This document shows positions 48,445 through 56,624 of a stretch of DNA of 64,000 nucleotides, piece after piece. A program made the translations under genes and the position numbers. Within the stretch, counting starts at the first letter, position 1, and each line of letters begins with the position of its first letter. Source of the DNA: Bdellovibrionota bacterium FG-1 (GTDB lineage: Bacteria > Bdellovibrionota > UBA1018); the NCBI GenBank assembly GCA_051382295.1, contig JBBCAW010000008.1:1-64000 (forward strand), read 5' to 3'. The notes beneath the pieces are model-generated. The model saw only the letters and a list, made by a program, of their open reading frames with translations. It was not told where the DNA came from and ran no database searches.

Positions 48445-49716
48445 ATGCGAGTGCCGGTTCCCCTATCCGAAGCCTTTGGCGCCCCTTTCGAAGACCTTCT
48501 TACTCAGTTTTTACTGCAGAAAGAGTACATTTCGGAAGAAGCCGTCCTGAAATCACCGCGATTTTTGATGCGCTCCATTGTTCCGCATATCAAAAAGCTA
48601 TCCACTCTTTTTAACCGGATCGATCCCGAGGCCGGGGTTGCCCACCAGGCAGAAGGACTTGAACCCTACTGGAAAGAAAGCTCTCACCCGGCGAACCTCC
48701 GTCTGGCTTACTTCATCTACTTTATGCCCTCCAATTTGTATCGAATCGCGTCGATTTGGACCGAGCTAAAAAGACTGGGGTTTCAATGGGGAGCAAAAGG
48801 AAACCTCCGCGCAATCGAACTTGGAGCGGGACCCGCATCTGGGGCCTGTGGAATTGCAGCAGGCGAACATTACGCACCCGTGGGTTTACCCCTCACCGGA
48901 AACTGGGCTCTTTTGGAGCAAGACAAAGCCACTCTGGAGCTAGGCTCCGAATGGGCACAAGCCTATTTTCCAAACCAAGGCTTTCCAGACTGGGGCACGC
49001 GCACCTTTCACCGAAAAATCGATTTTGCACGTGGCCTTCTTCCTCCGTCTGCACCCAAGTTCAACCTTTGGGTGATGAGCTATTTTTTGAACGAAGCGCA
49101 AGAAACCCCGAAAGAACTCGCTGAAATTTTGATCAAAAGCTGGGAAAATCACCTGGATGATGAAGGCGTTGTCATTCTTGCCGAACCCGCCCTAAAACTC
49201 CAGTCGCGCAAGCTTCTGGAACTCAGAAAAGAGCTCTTGCTTGCCCGCGAGCGCCTGAATGCGCCTTGGCTACAAATTCTCCTCCCTTGCCTAGGTCATC
49301 AAAGCTGTGGGGCGCTTGCCGAAGCCGAAGATTGGTGCCACGAAGAAGTCACCTGGTGGCGCCCGCCTTACTTCAGGGGCATCGACAAAATGGCAGGCCT
49401 AGATCGAAAAACCCTCCCTTTTAGTTATCTTGTGATCGTTCGAAGCAAGCGCTCGCTCGAGCAAATCTTACCAGCCTTAGGCGCTTCAAAAGCAACCAAA
49501 CGAGAACGCCTGGTTTCGCCCGCCCATGGAGAAGGAAAGGATCAGGAATTTTTTGTTTGCGGACAAGATGGCAAGCGCCGCGCCCGATACCGTGCACGCC
49601 CAGATGAAGCAGAAACCCTCGCGGCCGAGCTGACTCGCGGGGATATTCTCACCGGGGTTAAAAGCCGAGGAGATGTTCATTCGTCTCGAATTGAAAAAAT
49701 AGAAAGCGTGCTCTAA
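48445..49716 (+). CDS. Rsm22/METTL17-family methyltransferase-like protein
   Basis: AYFIYFMP, ELGAGP, SYFLNE, EP, PCLGHQSC, WCH and FSYL motifs. Confidence 0.8.
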   Translation: MRVPVPLSEAFGAPFEDLLTQFLLQKEYISEEAVLKSPRFLMRSIVPHIKKLSTLFNRIDPEAGVAHQAEGLEPYWKESSHPANLRLAYFIYFMPSNLYRIASIWTELKRLGFQWGAKGNLRAIELGAGPASGACGIAAGEHYAPVGLPLTGNWALLEQDKATLELGSEWAQAYFPNQGFPDWGTRTFHRKIDFARGLLPPSAPKFNLWVMSYFLNEAQETPKELAEILIKSWENHLDDEGVVILAEPALKLQSRKLLELRKELLLARERLNAPWLQILLPCLGHQSCGALAEAEDWCHEEVTWWRPPYFRGIDKMAGLDRKTLPFSYLVIVRSKRSLEQILPALGASKATKRERLVSPAHGEGKDQEFFVCGQDGKRRARYRARPDEAETLAAELTRGDILTGVKSRGDVHSSRIEKIESVL

Positions 49717-51839
49717 GGCTGGAGCCGCGCGCGAATATCCGCCAAAAAGTCTTTGACCTTGGCCTCGTGCTGATCTTGAGCCTCTCGACTTGAAAGATCC
49801 GGCGAAAAAGACTCATCCTTCGAAACTATCAGATGCCGCGGAATCTCCGCAATAAAGCGACTCACGCATCGAGGCACCGGCTTGCCGTAGCGGATCCGAT
49901 TCTTGGCGCGGGTCAAAATCAAATGATCACGCGCTCGAGTAATGCCGACATAAGCGAGGCGGCGCTCTTCGCTATAATCCGTCGCTTCTTCGATCGTTCT
50001 TTTATGAGGCAAAAACCCCTCTTCAACCCCCACCAAAAACACGACGGGATACTCAAGTCCCTTCGCGCCATGAAGAGTCAAGAGCGTGACTTCGTCCTTA
50101 TCCTTCTTCTTTTCGCGATCATTTTTATCTTCTTCAGCCTCTTGCACATCGAGGGTCATCCGAGATAAAAAATCCTGTAAAACCCGGGCCGGGCTGACGG
50201 TTTCGGAAGCGTCAAATTCAGACAATTGAAGTTGACCGATTGAATGGCAAAGTTCTTCGACATTTTCCCATTTTCTACCAAAAGCGGCGGGATCTTCTTC
50301 ATCCGCTTCCATCGCTTTTTTAATGCCAATCGCCTCAAGAGACCGCTTAGCCCAGTGGGCGATCATTTCAGGATGAAGTTCGGTATTTTCAAGTTCCTGT
50401 TTGAGCCGAAGAATCAGATCTCTCAAGGCAATACAGCCTTCCGCACCACGAACCCCCAAACGGGGAGCCTCAGACAAAAATTCAAAAAAAGGTTTGCCCT
50501 GCTCAAAAGCCAAGCCACCGAGCTTTTCAATGGCCGTCTTGCCAATTCCACGCACGGGATAATTAATAATCCGTCGCAAAGAAGCATCATCACCGGAATT
50601 CGAAATCAAACGCCAGTACGACAGTACATCCTTCACTTCCTTGCGATCCAAAAAGGACATGCCCCCGACAATTTTATAAGGGATGCGGTGACGTCGTAAG
50701 GTTTCCTCAAAGAGCCTTGACTGCGCATTAGAGCGATAAAGCACCGCAAAGTCTTTCCAGGGGCGCGGCTTGAGCTCATCTTGACCACGAACCTCTAGAA
50801 TTTTTTCAGCCACAAACTCGGCTTCCTCTCGATCGTTCTCTAAAACCACTTCCAAAAGAGGGTGGCCTTCACCACGATCAGACCATAAAGTTTTGTCATA
50901 GCGCTTTGAGTTGCCCTTAATGACGGCGTTGGCGGCATCCAAGATCATCGTCGTGCTCCGATAATTCTGGTCGAGTAGGATCACGCGCGCGCCAGGAAAC
51001 TGCTTTGGAAAACTCAAAATATGAGCGGAGTCCGCTCCGCGCCATCCGTAAATGGACTGATCATCATCACCGACGACGCACAGGTTCTGATACCGCTCCG
51101 TGAGCAGGCGCAAGAGTCTGAACTGGGACGCATTCGTATCTTGATACTCATCGACCAAAATATGACGAAATCGAGCGTTATAGTGCTCACGAGCTTCGGC
51201 AGAAACCTCAAGCAAACGAACTGCGTTAAACAAAAGATCATCAAAATCCATCGAATTCAGAAGTCTGAGCTGTTCACGATATTTAGTGTAACAGTGCGCC
51301 GTCGCAATGGCATAATCAGGGCTCAGGCGCTTGGACTCCAAAAAATACTCTTCGGCTTGATCGTCCTGCACAAAGCCATTTTTTGCCTGACCTATTTCAA
51401 AAAGAATGGTGTCCAAATCAAACTTGCGATCGTCGATTCGGACATTCTTCATGATCCCTTTCAGGATATCCTTTTGGTCCGAAGTATCTACGATGGTAAA
51501 ATTATTCTGAAAACCAATTTTTTCGGCATGCGCACGAAGGACCCGAACACAAAGGCTATGAAACGTGCTCACGGTCAAACCCCGGGTCGCACCTTTGCCG
51601 GCAACGCTCGACACGAGCTTGACGACCCGCTCTTTCAGCTCACCGGCAGCCTTATTGGTGAACGACAGTCCTAAAATCGCCGTAGCGGGCAAATGCCTCG
51701 CCGAAATCAAATGGGCGATCCGATAGGCCATGGTGCTCGTCTTACCGCTACCAGCACCTGCCAGCACCAAAAGGGGGCCTTCAGCGTGCAACACGGCCTC
51801 CCGTTGATTCGGGTTGAGTTGATTGAGATTGAGCGACAT
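49713..51839 (-). CDS. UvrD/PcrA/Rep-family SF1 helicase
   Basis: LNPNQ, AGAGSGKT, VDEYQD, VGDDDQSIYGWRG, NYRS, TLHGAKGLE and EERRLAYVGITRA motifs. Confidence 0.95.
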   Translation of the reverse strand: MSLNLNQLNPNQREAVLHAEGPLLVLAGAGSGKTSTMAYRIAHLISARHLPATAILGLSFTNKAAGELKERVVKLVSSVAGKGATRGLTVSTFHSLCVRVLRAHAEKIGFQNNFTIVDTSDQKDILKGIMKNVRIDDRKFDLDTILFEIGQAKNGFVQDDQAEEYFLESKRLSPDYAIATAHCYTKYREQLRLLNSMDFDDLLFNAVRLLEVSAEAREHYNARFRHILVDEYQDTNASQFRLLRLLTERYQNLCVVGDDDQSIYGWRGADSAHILSFPKQFPGARVILLDQNYRSTTMILDAANAVIKGNSKRYDKTLWSDRGEGHPLLEVVLENDREEAEFVAEKILEVRGQDELKPRPWKDFAVLYRSNAQSRLFEETLRRHRIPYKIVGGMSFLDRKEVKDVLSYWRLISNSGDDASLRRIINYPVRGIGKTAIEKLGGLAFEQGKPFFEFLSEAPRLGVRGAEGCIALRDLILRLKQELENTELHPEMIAHWAKRSLEAIGIKKAMEADEEDPAAFGRKWENVEELCHSIGQLQLSEFDASETVSPARVLQDFLSRMTLDVQEAEEDKNDREKKKDKDEVTLLTLHGAKGLEYPVVFLVGVEEGFLPHKRTIEEATDYSEERRLAYVGITRARDHLILTRAKNRIRYGKPVPRCVSRFIAEIPRHLIVSKDESFSPDLSSREAQDQHEAKVKDFLADIRARLQP

Positions 51840-51898
51840 AAGATTGGGAGTACCCGGAACGGTTTGGAATGCCAATCCCCGACCGAAAATATATATTT

Positions 51899-51914
51899 TG
51901 GTGCAAACTTTGCT
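51899..51914 (+). promoter_or_regulatory. sigma54 -24/-12 promoter
   Basis: TGGTGC-AAACT-TTGCT, ending 12 nt before the ATG at 51927. Confidence 0.5.
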
Positions 51915-51926
51915 TGGTCTTTGAGC

Positions 51927-52799
51927 ATGATTCGGCTAACCACTGACCTGGGTTGGATTTGCTGTTTACTTATTTTTATCTCGCATTCCGCAAATGCCCA
52001 GTGTCATCTCACAGAGGATGAGCACAGTCGGATTCGATTTAAATTAGAAGTCCTCTTCAACGAAAGTGAACTTCTCCTCCGAAACCATAGAGCCGATCTT
52101 TCGGATATACGACACCAAGAACGGGAATTTAAAACCCTTCGCGTATTTGAGCGAATCCCTTTTGAAGATGACGCCCATGACACTCACGATACTCATGACA
52201 CTCGTCACATTCAGGATCTCAAGGCTGAGCTCGCCCAGTCTGCTCAAGCTCGCGGACTACGACTCATAGCATTAAAACCAGAAGTAAAACGCACTGCCCG
52301 TTTTTCAAAAACTCCCGCCTGGCTTTATTCGGATCAGTTGTCGGAGTTTCGTCTTTCAAATTCTCAAATCGCCGATGAAACCCACTTTCACCTGGTTGTC
52401 ACGGGGGGAAAAAGCAAGGTTCTCCAATGGATTCAACATTGGCCGGAAGAACTGCTCCGGCTGACACAGTTGGTTGACTCACCCAATTCCATACGCTCAT
52501 TGGGACCCTCAAGATTTCAGATTTCGGCCAAAACTTTCCACTTTCGAAAAACCAGCTTCCCCAAACTCATCTTGCGCCCCCCGCTGGAGCTGTTGCCTCC
52601 TTCGAGCCGCCACTCACCCGATTGTCTAGCCCAAAAAGCCCCCGTGTTGTGGACGCTGATTGATCGAATTCAAGACCTCCGCCCGAAAACGAAAGACCTT
52701 TACTCGACCCGGGAACAATTGATGCTCAATTCGGCTCGGATGTCCTTTTTTACCGCTCAGGCGATCGGTCACAATAAGCGGTTGCCCATCGCAGAATGA
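51927..52799 (+). CDS. Hypothetical secreted protein
   Basis: Signal peptide ending ANA; contains a DTH micro-repeat (52170-52205). Confidence 0.6.
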   Translation: MIRLTTDLGWICCLLIFISHSANAQCHLTEDEHSRIRFKLEVLFNESELLLRNHRADLSDIRHQEREFKTLRVFERIPFEDDAHDTHDTHDTRHIQDLKAELAQSAQARGLRLIALKPEVKRTARFSKTPAWLYSDQLSEFRLSNSQIADETHFHLVVTGGKSKVLQWIQHWPEELLRLTQLVDSPNSIRSLGPSRFQISAKTFHFRKTSFPKLILRPPLELLPPSSRHSPDCLAQKAPVLWTLIDRIQDLRPKTKDLYSTREQLMLNSARMSFFTAQAIGHNKRLPIAE

Positions 52800-52833
52800 A
52801 AGGTACACTCAAGGTCAGGGGGCAAGTCAGCCA

Positions 52834-53229
52834 ATGTTACGTGAGGAAGTGGGCATCCTGGTTGTTGATGACGTCAACACGATGCGAGTCCAAATCAAAG
52901 AACTGCTGAATTCGTTTGGCTTTCGAAAAATCAGCCTAGCCTCCAACGGGCAAGAGGCGCAGAAGATCTTGACTTCTCAGCCGATTCATCTGGTTTTGGC
53001 CGATTGGCATATGACCCCGACGGATGGAATGGAGCTGCTCAAGTTTGTACGTACCCACGAGCAGCTCAAAACCATGGCCTACATCATGGTGACAGCCGAA
53101 GGCACTAAAGAACAAGTAGTCCTGGCCATCAAGAGCGGCGTGGATGACTACCTCATTAAGCCACTGACGGCGGTGCAAATTCAAAACAAGGTGTATGGCG
53201 TTTTACTTCGCAAGCAGGTGCTGGCATGA
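52834..53229 (+). CDS. CheY-like single-domain response regulator
   Basis: LVVDD, ADWHM (phospho-Asp), MVTAE and IKP motifs. Confidence 0.92.
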   Translation: MLREEVGILVVDDVNTMRVQIKELLNSFGFRKISLASNGQEAQKILTSQPIHLVLADWHMTPTDGMELLKFVRTHEQLKTMAYIMVTAEGTKEQVVLAIKSGVDDYLIKPLTAVQIQNKVYGVLLRKQVLA

Positions 53230-53660
53230 CTTCAAAGATCCAAGACTTTATCGATGAACTGACCGGTTTTGCAAAAACGGCCGAAGAAACCTTAACGACC
53301 ATTGAAGGCGATTTAGAAGGCAAAAAGGGGCTTTTTTCGGTGTTTACGGAGCGCATGATTGCGATTCGGGGCACGGCTCAACAGCTCTCGCTGCCTCACA
53401 TTGCCCACATCGCAGGCTTGGGCGAAGAAATTTCGATCAAAGCCACGACGGCCGAAACCCGCGCTCAAATCCGCAAATGTGTCGGCGCACTTTGGGATGC
53501 CTTATCGACGGTCAAATATCTATTGGAACACCACGAACAAGAAACCGGTGAAGAACAACAGTTTTTGATCAATCGCCTGGAGGACACCCTACGTCGCCTC
53601 GGGGGCGCACGGCCGAGTGTCGACCAGGACGAGATCGAAGCGATGCTGAAGCAGAGATAG
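53226..53660 (+). CDS. HPt-like helical protein lacking the phospho-His
   Basis: Resembles CheA P1 (FIDE...IEGD...IAIRGTA...IA..GEE); ATGA-coupled to cheY. Confidence 0.65.
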   Translation: MTSKIQDFIDELTGFAKTAEETLTTIEGDLEGKKGLFSVFTERMIAIRGTAQQLSLPHIAHIAGLGEEISIKATTAETRAQIRKCVGALWDALSTVKYLLEHHEQETGEEQQFLINRLEDTLRRLGGARPSVDQDEIEAMLKQR

Positions 53661-53676
53661 GTGCTCCGCACCTTTT
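53659..53676 (+). terminator. Short intrinsic terminator
   Basis: AGGTGC-TCC-GCACCT followed by TTT, between convergent genes. Confidence 0.4.
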
Positions 53677-53694
53677 GGTAGAGGCGCGCGTCAT

Positions 53695-54573
53695 TTACCA
53701 AGCAAATCCTGCGGTCACGCCGGCATTGACTGCGACGACGTCTTTATCCGCGACGTAAGTGATGGCTTGATTTCCGTCTTTGTCCTTTCGATCCGTGAGG
53801 ACTTCCACACCCATGTGAGCGCCTATCTGCAAAGGCCCAAGGACGTTGAATTTTCCATCGACGTTTAGACCTAAAGCCAATCCCTGGGCATCATTTTTCT
53901 GCCCCAAGATTTTTCCAGTCGCACTGGCGTCGAATTCGCCTTTTTTGGAAACGTATTTAGCGCTAAGACCAGTCTCGACTGCCGTGGTTGTTCCTAAAAT
54001 GGGGTCAATGGCAGCAGTCAGCCCGACCACTGGCCCAAATAACACACGACTGTCTTCACTGAGTTGGCAAACACCCCCCGCTTGGATAAAATATGATCCA
54101 CGGGGATTAAAAGCTCCCAAGCTAGGTTCAAATGAGCTCCCTCCATTCATTTTAACATCGATAGGAGTAAATTGAACCGTACAACCGCCGGATTGAAGCT
54201 GAGGATGTATGGCCATCAGGGCCGCCCCATTGATTCCAGCCGTAACTGCTTGCCCTGAGACCCGAGTAACCCCGTCATTTTTCTGGACGTCGATCACCCC
54301 TCCGTCCAGTCCGCCGCTGCCCGAAATCGTGGTGGTTGTGCCAAGTCCTATTATACGGAGACCGACGTGAACGCCTGCCTCTGCACGGCTGGTCCTCACT
54401 TCTCCCACGGCTGCAGGGGGAACAACGGTTGGATTGACCACTTGCGCACCCCCGGTGGCGTTGATTTCAATTTTTGTAAGGGGTTCCGCTCTCACTGCCG
54501 TCGAACTCAAACCCGCGAACGAAACCATAATCAATGAAAACACCTTGAGACTCATTCCTTTAAAACTTTGCAT
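53695..54573 (-). CDS. Putative outer-membrane beta-barrel protein
   Basis: Signal peptide, Gly-rich amphipathic strands, C-terminal VNAGVTAGFAW beta-signal and a GAGGT ribosome-binding site. Confidence 0.65.
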   Translation of the reverse strand: MQSFKGMSLKVFSLIMVSFAGLSSTAVRAEPLTKIEINATGGAQVVNPTVVPPAAVGEVRTSRAEAGVHVGLRIIGLGTTTTISGSGGLDGGVIDVQKNDGVTRVSGQAVTAGINGAALMAIHPQLQSGGCTVQFTPIDVKMNGGSSFEPSLGAFNPRGSYFIQAGGVCQLSEDSRVLFGPVVGLTAAIDPILGTTTAVETGLSAKYVSKKGEFDASATGKILGQKNDAQGLALGLNVDGKFNVLGPLQIGAHMGVEVLTDRKDKDGNQAITYVADKDVVAVNAGVTAGFAW

Positions 54574-54601
54574 ACTCGACTACCTCTTTGCCCTGCATCA
54601 A

Positions 54602-54617
54602 AGCAAGCGGGGTGCCA
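54602..54617 (-). promoter_or_regulatory. Consensus sigma54 promoter of the OMP gene
   Basis: Minus strand TGGCAC-CCCGC-TTGCT. Confidence 0.75.
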
Positions 54618-54785
54618 GCGCTGGCGAGGGGGGGGGGTAATGACTACATAGACTTACGAGATTAAATCGAGCGCAGGAGTGATTAAGAAGTGGGCAGGTG
54701 TAAAGGGGTTTCCGTTTTCAACAAATGAACTAATCGTTATTGATTCGTTATTTATTCAATGATAGACTTCCTTCGAGGCGTTTGA

Positions 54786-55052
54786 ATGAAATTTGAGTTT
54801 GACCCCAGTAAAAGTCACTCCAATAAAGAAAAACACGGAATCGACTTTATCGAGGGGCCGGCTTTATGGAACAGTCCAAACATCGAACTCAACTCAAAAA
54901 ATCCAAGTGAAGCACGCCGCCTAGTCATTGGTAAGATCGAAGCCACTTTCTGGACTGGCATAATCACCCATCGAGATGAAGCAATCCGGATCATTTCTAT
55001 ACGGAGGTCACGCGATGAAGAAAAAGAAAAATTCAGAAAATACTACCGCTGA
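54786..55052 (+). CDS. brnT: BrnT-family toxin
   Basis: MKFEFDPSK..NKEKHGIDF, EARRLVIG and IRIISIRR motifs. Confidence 0.9.
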   Translation: MKFEFDPSKSHSNKEKHGIDFIEGPALWNSPNIELNSKNPSEARRLVIGKIEATFWTGIITHRDEAIRIISIRRSRDEEKEKFRKYYR

Positions 55053-55257
55053 TAATCTAGAGCGGAAATTTGATCATGGAGATGACGTCCTTGATTACTT
55101 TGAGGATCAGCCAACAGCCAAGAGAGTGAATCTCGATATTCCAGCCTGGGCTGTCCAGATCATCGACGGTGAAGCCCATCGGCGCGGAATGGCCCGCCAG
55201 CAACTCATTAAGCACTGGATTATTGACAAGGTGGACCAGATCAAAAAAGTGGGATGA
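55015..55257 (+). CDS. brnA: BrnA/CopG-type antitoxin
   Basis: KFDHGDDVLDYF, KRVNLDIPAW and RQQLIKHWI; GGAGG ribosome-binding site; overlaps the toxin gene. Confidence 0.88.
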   Translation: MKKKKNSENTTADNLERKFDHGDDVLDYFEDQPTAKRVNLDIPAWAVQIIDGEAHRRGMARQQLIKHWIIDKVDQIKKVG

Positions 55258-55331
55258 TTACCAAGCAAAGCCGGCAGTGACTCCTCCAGTGACGGCCAAA
55301 AGGCTTTTGTCGGCAACAAAAAACGCACAAA

Positions 55332-55398
55332 TGTACAAAAATCACTGTGACAGTCATTTTAGTACAGTATTGACAAAAATAACTGCCACTATTATCTT
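55332..55398 (+). promoter_or_regulatory. sigma70 promoter overlapped by an inverted-repeat operator array
   Basis: TTGACA(55370)-N17-TATCTT; inverted repeat 55332-55348 / 55350-55366 (15/17) and a third related box at 55376-55389. Confidence 0.6.
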
Positions 55399-55406
55399 TA
55401 TACATA

Positions 55407-56618
55407 ATGGCCCATTCTCGAAGTCGGAGCGTCTCGGAACTCTATCATAAGTTGATCAAGGCGAGCCCTATTCTTGGGATTTTTGGTCACCGTCAGGTGG
55501 GTAAGACTACTTGGATGACTCAGGCGCTACCCCATTACCTTACCTTTGATAGTCATTTTGAGCGCACTCGCGCTGAGTCCGATCCTGAGGCCTTTTTGGA
55601 TACGTTAAAAGGGCATCCTTTTGGCATTGATGAGTGTCAAGGGGTCCCCGCCCTTTTTCCTGCACTCAAAGAGAGGGTGAGAGTCAAGCAGCAGCCAGGA
55701 CAATTTGTTTTGTCCGGATCAGTTCGCTTCACGAGTCGCAAGGCTATTCGAGAGTCGCTTGCAGGACGGATGATGTTTTTTGAGCTTTATCCCTTAGTTC
55801 TCTCTGAAATGGATCAGCGGCCTTTGCCTGATTTTTTTTTGCAACTTCTTAAACAAAATTCCTTTGAATCTTCGAGAATCGAGGAACTCAGTAAAGGGGA
55901 GATCTCCAAAAGACTGAAATCCGTAGACAGTTATCTTTTGAAAGGTGGGCTGCCTGGAATTTGCTTTCTCCGAGAGGAGCGCCTCAGGTTAGAACGGTTG
56001 AATGATCTGCATCATCTTATTCTGGATCGGGACCTGAGAATGGTGCATGAAACTCGGATTTCGATTGAAAAATTGTATGCCTACCTAAAGATGATCGCTC
56101 ATTTCGGACTGAGTGGTTACTCTTACACGAAAGTCAAAAATGAACTCTCTTTGACTCCTGTCACTCAAAAATCTTTACTTTATGCGCTGGAGTCGATTTT
56201 CCTGATTCGGCGAATTCCCTTCTACGGAGGATCTAAGGGAGAAATGATCATTCTTGAAGACCAGTATGAGGAGTGGGTTTTGGGTGATGGTTCGTTGTCC
56301 CCGGACGAGCAGCTTCTTACTTTACTTTATCGTAATCTGAGGGCTCAGTTTCACTATCGTATGGGCGAACCCATTCGCTTTTCCTCTTACTGGACTAAAA
56401 ATAACGCCAGGGTTCATCTTGTGTTGAAAACAGCAAACTCAGTTCTGGGTATTCTTGCTATCGAGGCTGAGGAGCCAACGCTTTCTCAAATTCGAGCCGC
56501 AGAGAGCCTTTTGCGAGTTGAAAGTCAAAGTAAAGTTGCAATTTTTTCAAAAAGCTTAAAAAAGACAAAAGTTTTGAATTCTAGGATTGCCGTGATCCCT
56601 TTGCCCATGGGCATTTGA
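55407..56618 (+). CDS. AAA_14 ATPase with a DUF4143-type C-terminus (degenerate nuclease motif)
   Basis: GHRQVGKTT, IDECQ, LSGS, ESLAGR and GGLP motifs. Confidence 0.85.
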   Translation: MAHSRSRSVSELYHKLIKASPILGIFGHRQVGKTTWMTQALPHYLTFDSHFERTRAESDPEAFLDTLKGHPFGIDECQGVPALFPALKERVRVKQQPGQFVLSGSVRFTSRKAIRESLAGRMMFFELYPLVLSEMDQRPLPDFFLQLLKQNSFESSRIEELSKGEISKRLKSVDSYLLKGGLPGICFLREERLRLERLNDLHHLILDRDLRMVHETRISIEKLYAYLKMIAHFGLSGYSYTKVKNELSLTPVTQKSLLYALESIFLIRRIPFYGGSKGEMIILEDQYEEWVLGDGSLSPDEQLLTLLYRNLRAQFHYRMGEPIRFSSYWTKNNARVHLVLKTANSVLGILAIEAEEPTLSQIRAAESLLRVESQSKVAIFSKSLKKTKVLNSRIAVIPLPMGI

Positions 56619-56624
56619 CTGCCC

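Noticed and set aside
51693..51926. N-terminal extension of the 368-aa ORF
   Set aside because: It overlaps the helicase gene in antisense; the signal peptide and sigma54 box favour the ATG at 51927.
54786..56618. Prophage or integrative element around brnTA
   Set aside because: No integrase, phage genes, tRNA or att-like direct repeats were seen.
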